From Planctomycetota bacterium (lineage in GTDB: Bacteria > Planctomycetota > Planctomycetia > Planctomycetales > Planctomycetaceae), in NCBI GenBank assembly GCA_040386595.1, contig JAZKFE010000003.1:24440-88439 (forward strand): 64,000 nt of DNA, in the 5' to 3' direction. The notes beneath the pieces are model-generated. The model did no database searches. It saw only the letters and a program-made list of their open reading frames with translations, and was not told the origin of the DNA. The position numbers were made by a program, and so were the translations under genes. Below are positions 35,201-41,200 of this stretch, piece after piece. Every line of letters begins with the position of its first letter. The stretch's first letter is position 1.

Positions 35201-38200
35201 TGGATTCGGTCACTTTGGGAGCGGATGAATTAGTCGTCGCGACGAAGTTCACCGCAGACTACAGCCATTTTGGAACGCTCGATCTGCAGACATTGGGCGG
35301 AGCCGACAACGTGACCATCACCAGTACCCACGTGGGTATGATCGTGTTGGGCACCGGCGATGGCGAAGATACGGTGACCATCCAAAACACCGCAGGGCAA
35401 CTGAGCCTTACCACGGGTGCGGACAATGACACGGTCAATGTCCGCGCCATCGGCGCTTCGGCAACGATTGACACGGGAACCGACGACGACACGTTGAATG
35501 TCGGAAGTACTGCCCCGTCTGGAAACGGCGTGCTGTCCGGAATTGGAGCGGCCTTGCAGTTCATCGGAGGCGAAGGACACAACACGCTGAACGTCGATGA
35601 CACTGGCAATTCAGCGGCCAGCACCGGCAGCTTGAGCAGCACGCTGTTGTCCGGTTTGGGAATGGCGGCTGGGATCTCCTATGAGACCGTCGATGAGCTG
35701 AATATTTCGCTCGGTAATTTTGGCAACCAATTTACCATCAATAGCACTCCTGACGAGACAGCCACAACGCTCAATACCGGCGCCGGCTCGGACCTTATCG
35801 ACGTCCGGGCGATCAACGGAACCACGACGATCAATACAGGTGACGGTTCCGACACCATCAACGTGACACCATCAGCAGACATCCCTGTTGATAGTAACTC
35901 GGCATCACCAGCCAATGTCTCCGCGATCAACGGGTTACTGGTCGTCAACGGCGGCGGCGCTGCCGGAGATGTCGACGAGCTGAACTTCACGTCTACATTC
36001 CCCTCGGTCGAGGCTGGCAATCTGACCGGCACTCAGCTGACCGGCCTGCAACTGCTTGCCGGTATCACTTACTCCGGCCTGGAGGCATTGAATGTCGTAC
36101 TCGATACCAATAGCGACGTGGAATTCACGATCGAAAGCACGCATGCAGGAACAACCAGCCTGACCACGGGTTCCGGTGCCGACATCATCAACGTTCGCAC
36201 CGTCAGCGGAAGCACCACCATCAATACGGGAGCTGAGTCCGACACAATCAATGTCGGTAGCAATGCGGCCGGAACGGCCGGGAATGCGAACGACAACACC
36301 GGGGGTAACCTCAATAGCATCGCCGCCCTGTTGACGATCAACGGCAATGATCCAACCAGTGGCAGTGACGTGTTGAACGTCGACGACACTGGAGACACGT
36401 TGGCCAACATCGGCACGCTGACCTCCACCGGCCTCTCCGGCCTGGGAATGACCGGCCGCATCGTCTACGGCACGATCGAGACTCTGAATATTGGCTTGGG
36501 CTCGAGCGGAGACACCTTCACGATCGAGAGCACTCACAGTGGTGTGACTAACCTCGACAGCAACGCGGGCGCCGACATCATCAATGTCCGCACGATATCT
36601 GGCATCACGACGATCAATACAGGAGACGATTCGGACACGATCAACGTCGGCAGCAATGCGGCAGGTACCGTCGCGAATGCAAACAACAATTCCGGCGGCA
36701 ACCTCAACAACATTGCCGCTCTGCTGACAATCAACGGCAACGACCCGACCAGTGGCAGCGACGTGTTGAATGTGGACGACACCGGTGACTCGCTCGCGAA
36801 CATCGGCACGCTGACCTCTACGAGCCTCTCTGGCCTGGGGATGGTTGGTAGCATCGTCTACGGCACGATCGAGACGCTGAACATTGGCCTGGGCTCGGCG
36901 GGAGACACCTTCACGATCGAGAGTGCTCACAGTGGCGTGACGAATCTCGACAGCAACGCGGGCACCGACATCATCAATGTCCGCACCATTGCCGGTGCCA
37001 CGACAATTAATACCGGAGACGATTCGGACACCATCAACGTCGGCAGCAACGCGGCGGGAACCATCGCCAATGCGAACAACAACACCGGAGGCAACCTCAA
37101 CAACATCGCCTCGCTGTTGACAATCAACGGCAATGATCCGACCAGTGGTAGCGATGTGCTGAACGTCGATGACACTGGTGATACACTGGCAAACATTGGC
37201 AACCTGACCGCCACCAGCCTCTCCGGCCTGGGGATGGGAGGAAGCATCACTTACGGCACGATCGAGACGTTGAATATTGGCCTGGGGGCTGGAGGCGACA
37301 CCTTCACGATCGAAAGCACTCACACTGGCGCGACAAACCTCAACAGCAATGCGGGCGCCGACATCATTAACGTCCGCACGGTCAGCGGAAACACGACGAT
37401 CAACGCGGGAGCCGAGTCGGATACCATCAACGTCGGCAGCCAGGCGGCGGGAACCGTGGCGAATCCAAACCACAATACCGGGGGCAACCTCAACAACATC
37501 GCCGCGCTGCTGACCATCAACGGCGATGCCGCAGCGGTGAATGGTGACGTGCTTAATGTGGACGACACAGGGGACGCGTTCGCGAACGTGGGCACGCTGA
37601 CCTCCACGAGCCTCTCCGGGCTAGGGATGGCCGGTAGCATCACCTACGGCACGATCGAATCGCTGAATATTAATCTCGGTTCCGGAGGCGATACCTTCAC
37701 GATCGAGACCACCCATACAGGAGCAACCAGCCTGACCACCGGTTTCGGTGCCGACATCATTAACGTCCGAACGGTCAGCGGAACCACGGCAATCAATACA
37801 GGCTCTGAGTCCGACACGATCAACGTCGGGAGTAATGCTGCGGGATCCACCGCCAATCCGAACAACAATTCCGGCGGCAACCTCAATAGCATCGCCGCGT
37901 TGCTGACGATCAATGGTGAAGACCCGGCAGCCAGTGGCGACGTGCTGAATGTGGACGATACCGGCGACACGTTGGCGAACATCGGCACGTTGACCGCCAC
38001 CAGTCTGACGGGACTGGGAATGGCGGGCAGTATCACCTACGGCACGATCGAAACGCTGAATATCAGCCTCGGTTCGGGGGAAGTCGAATACCATATCGAG
38101 AGCACACACGCCGGAACTACCAACCTGACCACCGCTCTGGGTAACGACGTCATCAATGTCCGCGCCATCAGCGGGAAGACAGAGATCAGCACCGGTGCCG

Positions 38201-41200
38201 GGAACGACACCATCAACATCGGCAGTCTGGCCGCCGGCACGTTCGCCAACCCGAACAACAACACCGGAGGCAACCTCAATAGCATCGCCGCACTGCTGAC
38301 CATCAACGGCAATGACTCGGTCGGTGGCGACGTGTTGAACGTGGACGACACCGGCGACGCACTGGCGAATACCGGCACGCTGACCTTCACGAGCCTCTCC
38401 GGCCTCAGCATGACCGGCAGCATCACCTACGGCACAATCGAAGCGTTGAATATCAACCTCGGTTCGGGATCCGATACATTCACGATCGAGAGTACCCATT
38501 CCGGAGCCACGAATCTGACCACGGGTCCCGGCGGCGACACGATCAACGTTCGCACCATTGCCGGCGCCACGACGATCAACACCGGAGCGGATTCGGACAC
38601 GATCAATGTCGGCAGCAACGCGGCGGGAACCATCGCCAATGCCAACAATAACACCGGGGGCAACGTCAACAGCATTGCGGCACTCCTGACGATCAACGGC
38701 GATGCCGCGTCGGCCAATGGAGATGTGTTGAACGTCGATGATACCGGCGACACGCTGGGCAATATTGGCACGCTAACTTCCACAAGCCTCTCGGGACTGG
38801 GAATGGCGGGCAGCATCACCTACGGGACAGTCGAGACGCTGAATATCAGCTTGGGATCTGGCAGTGACACTTTCACCGTCGAGACCACTCACAGCGGTGC
38901 GACGAATCTGTACGGCAATGCGGGTGCTGACATCTTCAACGTCCGGACGATTAGCGGTAATACCACGGTGTACGGCGGTGACGATTCCGACACATTCAAC
39001 GTCGGCAGCCTGGCGGCGGGAACCGTGGGGAATGCGAACAACAACACGGGCGGCAATGTGAACAACATCACGGCGCTCCTGACGATCAACGGTGATGCGG
39101 CATCCGCCGGCAGCGATGTGCTGAACGTCGATGACACCGGCGACACGCTGGCAAACGTCGGCACGCTGACTTCCACGACCCTCTCCGGGCTGGGGATGGC
39201 TGGCAGTATTACCTACGGCACGATGGAATCGCTGAATATCAACCTCGGTTCCGGAGACGACACCTTTACGATCCAGAGCACGGCTCTGAATACCTCCAAC
39301 ACGATCGACAGTCGCGGCGGCAGCGACGGATTGTTCATCGGTATCGGCGACCTCGATGAGCTTCGCGGAATCGTGCATGTTGTAGGAGGTAGCAGCGATG
39401 ATCAAATCACGGTCAATGATGGTGGGACTGCGAAAAGCGTCGACTATCACGTCACTCCGTCTACGGTGACTTCCACGGCGCGGGCTGGCCAACCGGTGCG
39501 GACATTCGCCAGCATCACCTTCGACTCCACCGAGTTCCTGTCGCTGATCGGCACCGACGCGGCCAATTGGTTCGATGTCATCCCCAGCAGAGCGACTCGC
39601 TTTGATATTGATGGCAGCCTGCCAGCGCCGGGCACTGTGCCGCCGCGGCTGGGTGATTTCTTGCGAGTCGATTTCTCCGACGTAACCGGCGAAGACTTGC
39701 GGCTGAATCCCGCTGCGGCTGGTTCCGGAATCTGGCAGTTCACAAGTGGCCACAAGCCGGTGCAGTTTGAGAGTATCGAACGGTTCAACGGCGTCGAGAT
39801 TCAGGCGGTCTTCTCGGACACCGGAAGTCAGAGTTCCGCGGACGTGAAAGTATTCGATCCAAACACGGGACTGTTGCGATTCACGATTCCGGGAGCTCTG
39901 CTGTTTGGTAAGAACTATCGCGGTGGATTGCGGACGGCGACGGGCGACTTGAATGGTGACGGAATTCCCGACATTGTCGTCGCGCCGGCCAGTGGCATCG
40001 TCGCGACGATCAAGATCTTCAACGGGATTGATGGCCGGTTGTTGCGAGTCCTCAGTCCCTACGCCGACTTCAAGAACTACCGCGGGGGCGTGGAGCTCGC
40101 GATCGGCGACATCAACGGCGACGGCTGGAATGACCTCGTGGTGAGCCCCACCAATAACGGCTCAATTCCCGTCCGAGTGTTTAGCGGGGCTCCCAACGAC
40201 AATTACAAGCAACTCGGCCCCGATCTCTTCCCGTTCGACAAACGGCTCTCTGGTCAGTTCTCCCTGGCGGTCGCCGATCAGATCGTCAATGGCGACTCCA
40301 ACCGTGGCGTCATCTGGTTTGGTTCGACCGTCCGCGGCGTGGCCACAATCCAGGCATTCCGAATGAACAGCTCGGGCACCTTTGACGCCCTTCCGGAGAG
40401 CCGGTTCAATCCGTTTGGTACCGAGCGTCGCCAGATCGTCCGCGTTGCCACCGGGGATGTAAACGGTGATGGCATCGAGGACGTGATTGCCGGCGTCGAC
40501 CAAGGTCGCTTGTCAGCGATTCGAGTCTTCGACGGTGTGCACTTCGGAGTGCCGCTGACCGACGCATTTACCGTTTCGGACATTTCCAAGACGCTGGACG
40601 CGGTCTTCCTCGACGCCTTCGATCCGGATGGCGACGGAAAGACAAACTTCATCACGTCATTCCAGAGCCCCAAGGGAGTCACCGGCGACGTGAAAAAATT
40701 CACGCCGGCGGGAGCCACGGCCGGTGTCGTCCATGCCAACCTGAGCAAGTCCGCGGATCTCTCGGGAATTTGGATCGTCGATGGCCGCCCAATGACGGTT
40801 TCGCAGACCGGCAATTCCCTCGAAATCACCGACGACCAGGGGCAGACAACGACGGCTCGTATTTCCGGTGGCTTGCTGATCTGGACGAACGGCAAGAAGG
40901 TCCGCGCCAGAATTGACGGCGATGTGCTGCGTTTCACCAAGGGTTCAAACTGGCAGCGTCTCGACCTGACAGGAACCTACGTCGTCGATGGCAAGCTGGC
41001 TCGGATTCAACAACAAGGCAACACGCTGCGGATCTGGAACGAAAACGGAGAACTCTCCGCCGGATCGTTCAGTTCGCCTCAGTCGATCATCGCTACGAAC
41101 TTTGGAAATCTGGTCGCCCAGCTGAGCCTCGGGCAGATCGACTGGTCTGACGGTTCCATCTGGAAAAAGCTCGATCTGTCGAGCAAATACAAAACGGCCT

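Noticed and set aside
35330-39250. A regularly spaced direct-repeat array that could superficially suggest a CRISPR or satellite.
   Set aside because: The period is 393 nt with no unique spacers. The whole array is in frame within the giant ORF and translates to a conserved 131-aa unit. No cas genes are present.
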